Shown one piece after another: positions 1-13,141 of a stretch of DNA of 64,000 nucleotides (position 1 is its first letter; every line of letters begins with the position of its first letter). Source of the DNA: the human T2T-CHM13v2.0 reference genome, Homo sapiens; NCBI RefSeq assembly GCF_009914755.1, contig NC_060946.1; one strand, written 5' to 3'. The notes beneath the pieces were generated by a model that was not told the DNA's origin, did no database searches, and worked only from the letters and a program-made list of their open reading frames with translations. The translations under genes and the position numbers were made by a program.

Positions 1-2049
1 TAACACATCTAAGTTCGGCCTAAAGGAGCTTTGTGACATATCTCTGCACTGATCACTTAGATGATGTAACACTTTTATAATCACTGCCTACAGGGAATTT
101 TTACAAATCTCTGCACTGATCACCTAGGTGATGTAACTCTTGTCTACTCTCTGTCCAACGGGGCATTGTGAAATGTCTCTGCACTGATCACCCAGGTGAT
201 TCAACTCTTGACTAGGAACTGCCTACAGAGGTTATTGTGAAATATCTCTGCACTGATAAACTAGGTGGTGTAACCCTTGTCCAAGCTCTGCCTACAGGGG
301 CGTTTCCACATATCCCTGAACTGATGACAAAGGTGATGTAACACTTGCCTAGGCTTCGCCTACAGGGAACATTGGACATATATCTGCACTGATCACCCAA
401 GTGATGCAACTCTTCCCTAGGCTTTGCCTACAGGGGACATTGTGACATATCTCTTCAATGATCACTCATGTGATGCATCTCTTGCCTAGGCTTTGCCTAC
501 AGGGGACATTGTGACATATCTCTGCACTGATCTCCCAGGTGCTGTAACTTTAGTCTAGGCTCTGGCTACACGGCATTGTGACCTACCTCTGCAATGATCA
601 CCCAGGTGATATAACTCTTCTCTAGGATCTGCCTACAGGGTACTTTGTGACATATCCCTGCACTGATCACCCAGGTGATCTAACTCTGGTCTAAGCTCTG
701 TCTAAAGGGGCATTGTGACAGATCTCTGCACTGATCACTCTGGTGATGTAAGTATTGTCTAGGCTCTGCTTCAAGGGGCCTTGTCACATATCTCTGCACT
801 GATAACCCAGGTGATGTAACTCTTGTCTAGGCTCTGCTTCCAGGACATATTGTGACATATCTATGCACTGATCACCTTAGTGATGTAACACTTTGGTAGG
901 CTCGGCCTACAGGGGAATCTTGACATATCTCTGCACTGTTAACCGAGATGATTTAACTCTTGTCTAGGCTGTGCCCACAGGGGGATTGAGTCATATCTCT
1001 GCACTGATCCCGAGGTGATACAACTCTTGCCTGGTCTCTGCCTACTGTGGACATTGGGACATATCTCTGCACTGATCTCCCAGGTGCTGTAACTTTAGTC
1101 TAGGCTCTGGCTACACGGCATTGTGACATATCACTGCACTGATCACCCAGGCGATATAACTCTTCTGTAGGATCTGACCACAGGGTGCTTTGTGACATAT
1201 GCCTGCAATGATCACCCAGGTGATATACCACTTGCCAAGGCTCTGCCTACAGGGGCATTGCAATGTATCTCTGCACTGATCACCTAGGTCTTGTAGCTAT
1301 TTTCTAGGATCTGCCTACAGGGTGCTTTGTGACGTGTCCCAGCAAGGATTACCCAGGTGATGTAACTCTCATAAAGGCTCTGCCTACAGGCACATTGTGA
1401 TGTATCTCTGCACTGATCACCTAGGTCATGTAACTTTTTTCTAGGCTCTACCTACGATGGCATTGTGACATATCTCTGCACTAATCATCCAAGTGATGTA
1501 ACTCTTGTCTAGGATGTGCCTAAATTAACTTTTTGACATAACCCTGTACTGATCATCCAGGTGATGGAGCTTTTGTCTAGGCTCTGCCTAAGGGGGCATT
1601 GTGACATATTTCTGCATTAATCACCCAGGTGGCGAACTCTTCTCTCGGATCTGCCTAAGGGGGCATTGTGAGAAATCTCTGCACTGATCACCCAGGTGAT
1701 GTAACTGTTGTGTAACCTCTGCCTACATGGGAATTGTGAGAGATCTCGTCACTGATTACCCAAGTGATGTAACCATGGTCTAGGCTTTGCGTACAGGGGG
1801 CTATGTGACATACCTTTGTACTGATCACCCGGGTGGTGTAACACATCTAAGTTCGGCCTAAAGGAGCCTTGTGACATATCTCCGCACTGATTACTTAGGT
1901 GATGTAACACTTTTATAATCACTGCCTACAGGGAAATTTGACAAATCTCTGCACTGATCACCTAGGTTATGTAACTCTTGTCTACCCTCTGTCCAACGGG
2001 GCATTGTGAAATGTCTCTGCACTGATCACCCAGGTGATTCAACTCTTGA

Positions 2050-3955
2050 CTAGGAACTGCCTACAGAGGTTATTGTGAAATATCTCTGCACTGATAAACT
2101 AGGTGGTGTAACCCTTGTCCAAGCTCTGCCTACAGGGGTGTTTCCACATATCCCTGAACTGATGACAAAGGTGATGTAACTCTTGCCTAGGCTTTGCCTT
2201 AAGGGAACATTGGACATATATCTGCACTGATCACCCAGGTGATGCAACTCTTGCCTAGGCTTTGCCTACAGGGGACATTGTGACATATCTCTTCAATGAT
2301 CACTCATGTGATGCATCTCTTGCCTAGGCTTTGCCTACAGGGGACATTGTGACATATCTCTGCACTGATCTCCCAGGTGCTGTAACTTTAGTCTAGGCTC
2401 TGACTACACGGCATTGTGACATATCACTGCACTGATCAACCAGGTGATATAACTCTTGTATAGGCTCTGACTACAGGGGGATTGTGACCTACCTCTGCAC
2501 TGATCACCCAGGTGATATAACTCTTCTCTAGGATCTGCCTACAGGGTACTTTGTGACATATCCCTGCACTGATCACCCAGGTGATCTAACTCTGGTCTAA
2601 GCTCTGCCTAAAGGGGCATTGTGACAGATCTCTGCACTGATCACTCTGGTGATGTAAGTATTGTCTAGGCTCTGCTTCAAGGGGCCTTGTCACATATCTC
2701 TGCACTGATCACCCAGGTGATGTAACTCTTGTCTATGTTCTGCTTCCAGGGCATATTGTGACATATCTATGCACTGATCACCTTAGTGATGTAACACTTT
2801 TGTAGGCTCGGCCTACAGGGGAATCTTGACATATCTCTGAACTGTTAACCGAGGTGATTTAACTCTTGTCTAGGCTGTGCCCACAGGGGGATTGAGACAT
2901 ATCTCTGCACTGATCCCGAGGTGATACAACTCTTGCCTGGTCTCTGCCTACTGTGGACATTGTGACATATCTCTGCACTGATCTCCCAGGTGCTGTAACT
3001 TTAGTCTAGGCTCTGGCTACACGGCATTGTGACATATCACTGCACTGATCACCCAGGCGATATATCTCTTCTCTAGGATCTGACCACAGGGTGCTTTGTG
3101 ACATATGCCTGCAATGATCACCCAGGTGATATACCACTTGCCAAGGCTCTGCCTACAGGGGCATTGCAATGTATCTCTGCACTGATCACCTAGGTCTTGT
3201 AGCTATTTTCTAGGATCTGCCTACAGGGTGCTTAGTGACGTGTCCCAGCAAGGATTACCCAGGTGATGTACCTCTCATCAAGGCTCTGCCTACAGGCACA
3301 TTGTGATGTATCTCTGCACTGATCACCTCGGTCATGTAACTATTTTCTAGTCTCTACCTACGATGGCATTGTGACATATCTCTGCACTAATCATCCAAGT
3401 GATGTAACTCTTGTCTAGGATGTGCCTAAATTAAATTTTTGACATAACCCTGTACTGATCATCCAGGTGATGGAGCTTTTGTCTAGGCTCTGCCTAAGGG
3501 GGCATTGTGACATATTTCTGCATTGATCACCCAGGTGGCGAACTCTTCTCTCGGATCTGCCTATGGGGGCATTGTGAGAAATCTCTGCACTGATCACCCA
3601 GGTGATGTAACCCTTGTGTAACCTCTGCCTACAGGGGAATTGTGAGAGATCTCGTCACTGATTACCCAAGTGTTGTAACCATTGTCTAGGCTTTGCGTAC
3701 AGGGGGCTTTGTGACATACCTTTGCACTGATCACCCAGGTGATGTAACACATCTAAGTTCGGCCTAAAGGAGCTTTGTGACATATCTCTGCACTGATCAC
3801 TTAGGTGATGTAACACTTTTATAATCACTGCCTACAGGGAATTTTGACAAATCTAGGCACTGATCACCTAGGTGATGTAACTCTTGTCTACCCTCTGTCC
3901 AACGGGTCACTGTGAAATATCTTTGCACTGATTACCCAGGTGATTCAACTCTTGA
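2050..3955 (+). repeat. 28-mer HOR unit embedded in the 27-mer domain
   Basis: 1906-bp spacing; extra 68 bp at 2421-2488 (ATATCACTGCACTGATCAACCAGG...GGGGGATTGTGAC). Confidence 0.92.
2343..3070 (+). repeat. Internal direct repeat within the HOR (two ~115-bp near-identical copies about 613 bp apart; example unit shown)
   Basis: GGACATTGTGACATATCTCTGCACTGATCTCCCAGGTGCTGTAACTTTAGTCTAGGCTCTGGCTACACGGCATTGTGACATATCACTGCACTGATCA(A/C)CCAGG(T/C)GATAT occurs at about 2343-2457 and 2955-3070. It occurs twice in every full-length unit, with a shorter first copy in 27-mers. Confidence 0.9.
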
Positions 3956-6900
3956 CTAAGAACTGCCTACGGAGGTTATTGTGAAATATCTCTGCACTGA
4001 TAAACTAGGTGGTGTAACCCTTGTCCAAGCTCTGCCTACAGGGGCGTTTCCACATATCCCTGAACTGATGACAAAGGTGATGTAACACTTGCCTAGGCTT
4101 CGCCTACAGGGAACATTGGACATATATCTGCACTGATCACCCAAGTGATGCAACTCTTGCCTAGGCTTTGCCTACAGGGGACATTGTGACATATCTCTTC
4201 AATGATCACTCATGTGATGCATCTCTTGCCTAGGCTTTGCCTACAGGGGACATTGTGACATATCTCTGCACTGATATCCCAGGTGCTGTAACTTTAGTCT
4301 AGGCTCTGGCTACACGGCATTGTGACCTACCTCTGCAATGATCACCCAGGTGATATAACTCTTTTCCAGGATCTGCCTACAGGGTACTTTGTGACATATC
4401 CCTGCACTGATCACCCAGGTGATCTAACTCTGGTCTAAGCTCTGCCTAAAGGGGCATTGTGACAGATCTCTGCACTGATCACTCTGGTGATGTAAGTATT
4501 GTTTAGGCTCTGCTTCAAGGGGCCTTGTCACATATCTCTGCACTGATCACCCAGGTGAAGTAACTCTTGTCTAGGCTCTGCTTCCAGGGCATATTGTGAC
4601 ATATCTATGCACTGATCACCTTAGTGATGTAACACTTTGGTAGGCTCGGCCTACAGGGGAATCTTGACATATCTCTGCACTGTTAAGCGAGGTGATTTAT
4701 CTCTTGTCTAGGCTGTGCCCACAGGGGGATTGAGACATATCTCTGCACTGATCCCGAGGTGATACAACTCTTGCCTGGTCTCTGCCTACTGTGGACATTG
4801 TGACATATCTCTGCACTGATCTCCCAGGTGCTGTAACTTTAGTCTAGGCACTGGCTACATGGCATTGTGACATATCACTGCACTGATCACCCAGGCGATA
4901 TAACTCTTCTGTAGGATCTGACCACAGGGTGCTTTGTGACATATCCCTGCAATGATCACCCAGGTGATATACCACTTGCCAAGGCTCTGCCTACAGGGGC
5001 ATTGCAATGTATCTCTGCACTGATCACCAAGTCTTGTAGCTATTTTCTAGGATCTGCCTACAGGGTGCTTTGTGACGTGTCCCAGCAAGGATTACCCAGG
5101 TGATGTACCTCTCATCAAGGCTCTGCCTACAGGCACATTGTGATGTATCTCTGCACTGATCACCTCGGTCATGTAACTTTTCTCTAGGCTCTACCTACGA
5201 TGGCATTGTGACATATCTCTGCACTAATCATCCAAGTGATGTAAATCTTGTCTAGGATGTGCCTAAATTAACTTTTTGACATAACCCTGTACTGATCATC
5301 CAGGTGATGAAGCTTTTGTCTAGGCTCTGCCTAAGGGGGCATTGTGACATATTTCTGCATTGATCACTCAGGTGGCGAACTCTTCTCTCGGATCTGCCTA
5401 TGGGGGCATTGTGAGAAATCTCTGCACTGATCACCCAGGTGATGTAACTGTTGTGTAACCTTTGCCTACAGGGGAATTGTGAGAGATCTCGTCACTGATT
5501 ACCCAAGTGATGTAACCATTGTCTAGGCTTTGCGTACAGGGGGCTTTGTGACATACCTTTGCACTGATCACCCAGGTGATGTAACACATCTAAGTTCGGC
5601 CTAAAGGAGCTTTGTGACATATCTCTGCACTGATCACTTAGGTGATGTAACACTTTCATAATCACTGCCTACAGGGAATTTTGACAAATCTCTGCACTGA
5701 TCACCTAGGTGATGTAACTCTTGTCTACCCTCTGTCCAACGGGGCACTGTGAAATATCTCTGCACTGATCACCCAGGTGATTCAACTCTTGACTAGGAAC
5801 TGCCTACAGAGGTTATTGTGAAATATCTCTGCACTGATAAACTAGGTGGTGTAACCCTTGTCCAAGCTCTGCCTACAGGTGCGTTTCCACATATCCCTGA
5901 ACTGATGACAAAGGTGATGTAACACTTGCCTAGGCTTTGCCTACAGGGAACATTGGGCATATATCTGCACTGATCACCCAAGTGATGCAACTCTTGCCTA
6001 GGCTTTGCCTACAGGGGACATTGTGACATATCTCTTCAATGATCACTCATGTGATGCATCTCTTGCCTAGGCTTTGCCTACAGGGGACATTGTGACATAT
6101 CTCTGCACTGATCTCCCAGGTGCTGTAACTTTAGTCTAGGCTCTGGCTACACGGCATTGTGACCTACCACTGCAATGATCACCCAGGTGATATAACTCTT
6201 CTCTAGGATCTGCCTACAGGGTACTTTGTGACATATCCCTGCACTGATCACCCAGGTGATCTAACTCTGGTCTAAGCTCTGCCTAAAGGGGCATTGTGAC
6301 AGATCTCTGCACTGATCACTCTGGTGATGTAAGTATTGTCTAGGCTCTGCTTCAAGGGGCCTTGTCACATATCTCTGCACTGATCACCCAGGTGATGTAA
6401 CTCTTGTCTAGGCTCTGCTTCCAGGACATATTGTGACATATCTATGCACTGATCACCTTAGTGATGTAACACTTTGGTAGGCTCGGCCTACAGGGGAATC
6501 TTGACATATCTCTGCACTGTTAACCGAGGTGATTTAACTCTTGTCTAGGCTGTGCCCACAGGGGGATTGAGTCATATCTCTGCACTGATCCCGAGGTGAT
6601 ACAACTCTTGCCTGGTCTCTGCCTACTGTGGACATTGGGACATATCTCTGCACTGATCTCCCAGGTGCTGTAACTTTAGTCTAGGCTCTGGCTACATGGC
6701 ATTGTGACATATCACTGCACTGATCACCCAGGCGATATAACTCTTCTCTAGGATCTGACCACAGGGTGCTTTGTGACATATCCCTGCAATGATCACCCAG
6801 GTGATATACCACTTGCCAAGGCTCTGCCTACAGGGGCATTGCAATGTATCTCTGCACTGATCACCTAGGTCTTGTAGCTATTTTCTAGGATCTGCCTACA

Positions 6901-9900
6901 GGGTGCTTTGTGACGTGTCCCAGCAAGGATTACCCAGGTGATGTACCTCTCATCAAGGCTCTGCCTACAGGCACATTGTGATGTATCTCTGCACTGATCA
7001 CCTCGGTCATGTAACTTTTTTCTAGGCTCTACCTACGATGGCATTGTGACATATCTCTGCACTAATCATCCAAGTGATGTAACTCTTGTTTAGGATGTGC
7101 CTAAATTAACTTTTTGACATAACCCTGTACTGATCATCCAGGTGATAGAGCTTTTGTCTAGGCTCTGCCTAAGGGGGCATTGTGACATATTTCTGCATTG
7201 ATCACCCAGGTGGCGAACTCTTCTCTCGGATCTGCCTATGGGGCATTGTGAGAAATCTCTGCACTGATCACCCAGGTGATGTAACTGTTGTGTAAACTCT
7301 GCCAACAGGGGAATTGTGAGACATCTCGTCACTGTTTACCCAAGTGATGTAACCATTGTCTAGGCTTTGCCTACAGGGGGCTTTGTGACATACCTTTGCA
7401 CTGATCACCCAGGTGATGTAACATATCTAAGTTCGGCCTAAAGGAGCTTTGTGACATATCTCTGCACTGATCACTTAGGTGATGTAACACTTTTATAATC
7501 ACTGCCTACAGGGAAATTTGACAAATCTCTGCACTGATCACCTAGGTTATGTAACTCTTGTCTACCCTCTGTCCAACGGGGCATTGTGAAATATCTCTGC
7601 ACTGATCACCCAGGTGATTCAACTCTTGACTAGGAACTGCCTACAGAGGTTATTGTGAAATATCTCTGCACTGATAAACTAGGTGGTGTAACCCTTGTCC
7701 AAGCTCTGCCTACAGGGGCGTTTCCACATATCCCTGAACTGATGACAAAGGTGATGTAACACTTGCCTATGCTTTGCCTACAGGGAACATTGGACATATA
7801 TCTGCACTGATCACCCAAGTGATGCAACTCTTGCCTAGGCTTTGCCTACAGGGGACATCGGGACATATCTCTTCAATGATCACTCATGTGATGCATCTCT
7901 TGCCTAGGCCTTGCCTACAGTGGACATTGAGGCATATCTCTGCACTGATCTCCCAGGTGCTGTAACTTTAGTCTAGGCTCTGGCTACACGGCATTGTGAC
8001 CTACCTCTGCAATGATCACCCAGGTGATATAACTCTTCTCTAGGATCTGCCTACAGGGTACTTTGTGACATATCCCTGCACTGATCACCCAGGTGATCTA
8101 ACTCTGGTCTAAGCTCTGCCTAAAGGGGCATTGCGATAGATCTCTGCACTGATCACTCTGGTGATGTAAGGATTGTCTAGGCTCTGCTTCAAGGGGCCTT
8201 GTCACATATCTCTGCACTGATCACCCAGGTGATGTAACTCTTGTCTAGGCTCTGCTTCCAGGGCATATAGTGACATATCTATGCACTGATCACCTTAGTG
8301 ATGTAACACTTTGGTAGGCTCGGCCTACAGGGGAATCTTGACATATCTCTGCACTGTTAACCGAGGTGATTTAACTCTTGTCTAGGCTGTGCCCACAGGG
8401 GGATTGAGTCATATGTCTGCACTGATCCCGAGGTGATACAACTCTTGCCTGGTCTCTGCCTACTGTGGACATTGGGACATATCTCTGCACTGATCTCCCA
8501 GGTGCTGTAACTTTAGTCTAGGCTCTGGCTACACGGCATTGTGACATATCACTGCACTGATCACCCAGGCGATATAACTCTTCTGTAGGATCTGACCACA
8601 GGGTGCTTTGTGACATATGCCTGCAATGATCACCCAGGTGATATACCACTTGCCAAGGCTCTGCCTACAGGGGCATTGCAATGTATCTCTGCACTGATCA
8701 CCTAGGTCTTGTAGCTATTTTCTAGGATCTGCCTACAGGATGCTTTGTGAGGTGTCCCAGCAATGATTACCCAGGTGATGTAACTCTCATCAAGGCTCTG
8801 CCTACAGGCACATTGTGATGTATCTCTGCACTGATCTCCTCGGTCATGTAACTTTTTCTAGGCTCTACCTACGATGGCATTGTGACATATCTCTGCACTA
8901 ATCATCCAAGTGATGTAAATCTTGTCTAGGATGTGCCTAAATTAACTTTTTGACATAACCCTGTACTGATCATCCAGGTGATGGAGATTTTGACTAGGCT
9001 CTGCCTAAGGGGGCATTGTGACATATTTCTGCATTGATCACCCAGGTGGCGAACTCTTCTCTCGGATCTGCCTATGGGGGCATTGTGAGAAATCTCTGCA
9101 CTGATCACCCAGGTGATGTAACTGTTGTGTAACCTCTGCCTACAGGGGAATTGTGAGAGATCTCGTCACTGATTACCCAAGTGATGTAACCATTGTCTAG
9201 GCTTTGCGTACAGGGGGCTTTGTGACATACCTTTGCACTGATCACCAAGGTGATGTAACACATCTAAGTTCGGCCTAAAGGAGCTTTGTGACATATCTCT
9301 GCACTGATCACTTAGGTGATGTAACACTTTTATAATCACTGCCTACAGGGAAATTTGACAAATCTCTGCACTGATCACCTAGGTTATGTAACTCTTGTCT
9401 ACCCTCTGTCCAACGGGGCATTGTGAAATATCTCTGCACTGATCACCCAGGTGATTCAACTCTTGACTAGGAACTGCCTACAGAGGTTATTGTGAAATAT
9501 CTCTGCACTGATAAACTAGGTGGTGTAACCCTTGTCCAAGCTCTGCCTACAGGGGCGTTTCCACATATCCCTGAACTGATGACAAAGGTGATGTAACACT
9601 TGCCTATGCTTTGCCTACAGGGAACATTGGACATATATCTGCACTGATCACCCAAGTGATGCAACTCTTGCCTAGGCTTTGCCTACAGGGGACATCGGGA
9701 CATATCTCTTCAATGATCACTCATGTGATGCATCTCTTGCCTAGGCCTTGCCTACAGTGGACATTGTGGCATATCTCTGCACTGATCTCCCAGGTGCTGT
9801 AACTTTAGTCTAGGCTCTGGCTACACGGCATTGTGACCTACCTCTGCAATGATCACCCAGGTGATATAACTCTTCTCTATGATCTGCCTACAGGGTACTT

Positions 9901-12900
9901 TGTGACATATCCCTGCACTGATCACCCAGGTGATCTAACTCTGGTCTAAGCTCTGCCTAAAGGGGCATTGCGATAGATCTCTGCACTGATCACTCTGGTG
10001 ATGTAAGGATTGTCTAGGCTCTGCTTCAAGGGGCCTTGTCACATATCTCTGCACTGATCACCCAGGTGATGTAACTCTTGTCTAGGCTCTGCTTCCAGGG
10101 CATATAGTGACATATCTATGCACTGATCACCTTAGTGATGTAACACTTTGGTAGGCTCGGCCTACAGGGGAATCTTGACATATCTCTGCACTGTTAACCG
10201 AGGTGATTTAACTCTTGTCTAGGCTGTGCCCACAGGGGGATTGAGTCATATGTCTGCACTGATCCCGAGGTGATACAACTCTTGCCTGGTCTCTGCCTAC
10301 TGTGGACATTGGGACATATCTCTACACTGATCTCCCAGGTGCTGTAACTTTAGTCTAGGCTCTGGCTACACGGCATTGTGACATATCACTGCACTGATCA
10401 CCCAGGCGATATAACTCTTCTGTAGGATCTGACCACAGGGTGCTTTGTGACATATGCCTGCAATGATCACCCAGGTGATATACCACTTGCCAAGGCTCTG
10501 CCTACAGGGGCATTGCAATGTATCTCTGCACTGATCACCTAGGTCTTGTAGCTATTTTCTAGGATCTGCCTACAGGGTGCTTTGTGACGTGTCCCAGCAA
10601 GGATTACCCAGGTGATGTAACTCTCATCAAGGCTCTGCCTACAGGCACATTGTGATGTATCTCTGCACTGATCTCCTCGGTCATGTAACTTTTTCTAGGC
10701 TCTACCTACGATGGCATTGTGACATATCTCTGCACTAATCATCCAAGTGATGTAAATCTTGTCTAGGATGTGCCTAAATTAACTTTTTGACATAACCCTG
10801 TACTGATCATCCAGGTGATGGAGCTTTTGTCTAGGCTCTGCCTAAGGGGGCATTGTGACATATTTCTGCATTGATCACCCAGGTGGCGAACTCTTCTCTC
10901 GGATCTGCCTATGGGGGCATTGTGAGAAATCTCTGCACTGATCACCCAGGTGATGTAACTGTTGTGTAACCTCTGCCTACAGGGGAATTGTGAGAGATCT
11001 CGTCACTGATTACCCAAGTGATGTAACCATTGTCTAGGCTTTGCGTACAGGGGGCTTTGTGACATACCTTTGCACTGATCACCCAGGTGATGTAACACAT
11101 CTAAGTTCGGCCTAAAGGAGCTTTGTGACATATCTCTGCACTGATCACTTAGGTGATGTAACACTTTAATAATCACTGCCTACAGGGAATTTTGACAAAT
11201 CTCTGCACTGATCACCTAGGAGATGTAATTCTTGTCTACCCTCTGTCCAACGGGGCATTGTGAAATGTCTCTGCACTGATCACCCAGGTGATTCAACTCT
11301 TGAATAGGAACTGCCTACAGAGGTTATTGTGAAATATCTCTGCACTGATAAACTAGGTGGTGTAACCCTTGTCCAAGCTCTGCCTACAGGGTCGTTTCCA
11401 CATATCCCTGAACTGATGACAAAGGTGATGTAACTCTTGCCTAGGCTTTGCCTACAGGGAACATTGGACATATATCTGCACTGATCACCCATTTGATGCA
11501 ACTCTTTCCTAGGATTTGCCTACAGGGGACATCGGGACATATCTCTTCAATGATCACTCATGTGATGCATCTCTTGCCTAGGCTTTGCCTACAGGGGACA
11601 TTGTGACATATCTCTGCACTGATCTCCCAGGTGCTGCAACTTTAGTCTAGGCTCTGGCTACACGGCATTGTGACTTACCTCTGCACTGGTCACCCAGGTG
11701 ATATAACTCTTCTCTAGGATCTGCCTACAGGGTACTTTGTGACATATCCCTGCACTGATCACCCAGGTGATCTAACTCTGGTCTAAGCTCTGCCTAAAGG
11801 GGCATTGTGACAGATCTCTGCACTGATCACTCTGGTGATGTAAGTATTGTCTAGGCTCTGCTTCAAGGGGCCTTGTCACATATCTCTGCACTGATCACCC
11901 AGGTGATGTAACTCTTGTCTAGGCTCTGCTTCCAGGGCATATTGTGACATATCTATGCACTGATCACCTTAGTGATGTAACACTTTGGTAGGCTCGGCCT
12001 ACAGGGGAATCTTGACATATCTCTGCACTGCTAACCGAGGTGATTTAACTCCTGTCTAGGCTGTGCCCACAGGGGGATTGAGTCATATCTCTGCACTGAT
12101 CCCGAGGTGATACAACTCTTGCCTGGTCTCTGCCTACTGTGGACATTGGGACATATCTCTGCACTGATCTCCCAGGTGCTGTAACTTTAGTCTAGGCTCT
12201 GGCTACACGGCATTGTGACATATCACTGCACTGATCACCCAGGCGATATAACTCTTCTGTAGGATCTGACCACAGGGTGCTTTGTGACATATGCCTGCAA
12301 TGATCACCCAGGTGATATACCACTTGCCAAGGCTCTGCCTACAGGGGCATTGCAATGTATCTCTGCACTGATCACCTAGGTCTTGTAGCTATTTTCTAGG
12401 ATCTGCCTACAGGGTGCTTTGTGACGTGTCCCAGCAAGGATTACCCAGGTGATGTAACTCTCATCAAGGCTCTCCCTACAGGCACATTGTGATGTATCTC
12501 TGCACTGATCACCTAGGTCATGTAACTTTTTTCTAGGCTCTACCTACGATGGCATTGTGACATATCTCTGCACTAATCATCCAAGTGATGTAACTCTTGT
12601 CTAGGATGTGCCTAAATTAACTTTTTGACATAACCCTGTACTGATCATCCAGGTGATGGAGCTTTTGTCTAGGCTCTGCCTAAGGGGGCATTGTGACATA
12701 TTTCTACAGTAATCACCCAGGTGGCGAACTCTTCTCTCGGATCTGCCTAAGGGGGCATTGTGAGAAATCTCTGCACTGATCACCCAGGTGATGTAACTGT
12801 TGTGTAACCTCTGCCTACAGGGGAATTGTGAGAGATCTCGTCACTGATTACCCAAGTGATGTAACCATGGTCTAGGCATTGCGTACAGGGGGCTTTGTGA

Positions 12901-13141
12901 CATACCTTTGTACTGATCACCCGGGTGATGTAACACATCAAAGTTCGGCCTAAAGGAGCCTTGTGACATATCTCCGCACTGATTACTTAGGTGATGTAAC
13001 ACTTTTATAATCACTGCCTACAGGGAAATTTGACAAATCTCTGCACTGATCACCTAGGTTATGTAACTCTTGTCTACCCTCTGTCCAACGGGGCATTGTG
13101 AAATGTCTCTGCACTGATCACACAGGTGATTCAACTCTTGA

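Noticed and set aside
7774-9802. Two 63-aa plus-strand ORFs
   Set aside because: They are created by one private G to T change (CCTAGG to CCTATG) that makes an ATG in a recently duplicated unit.
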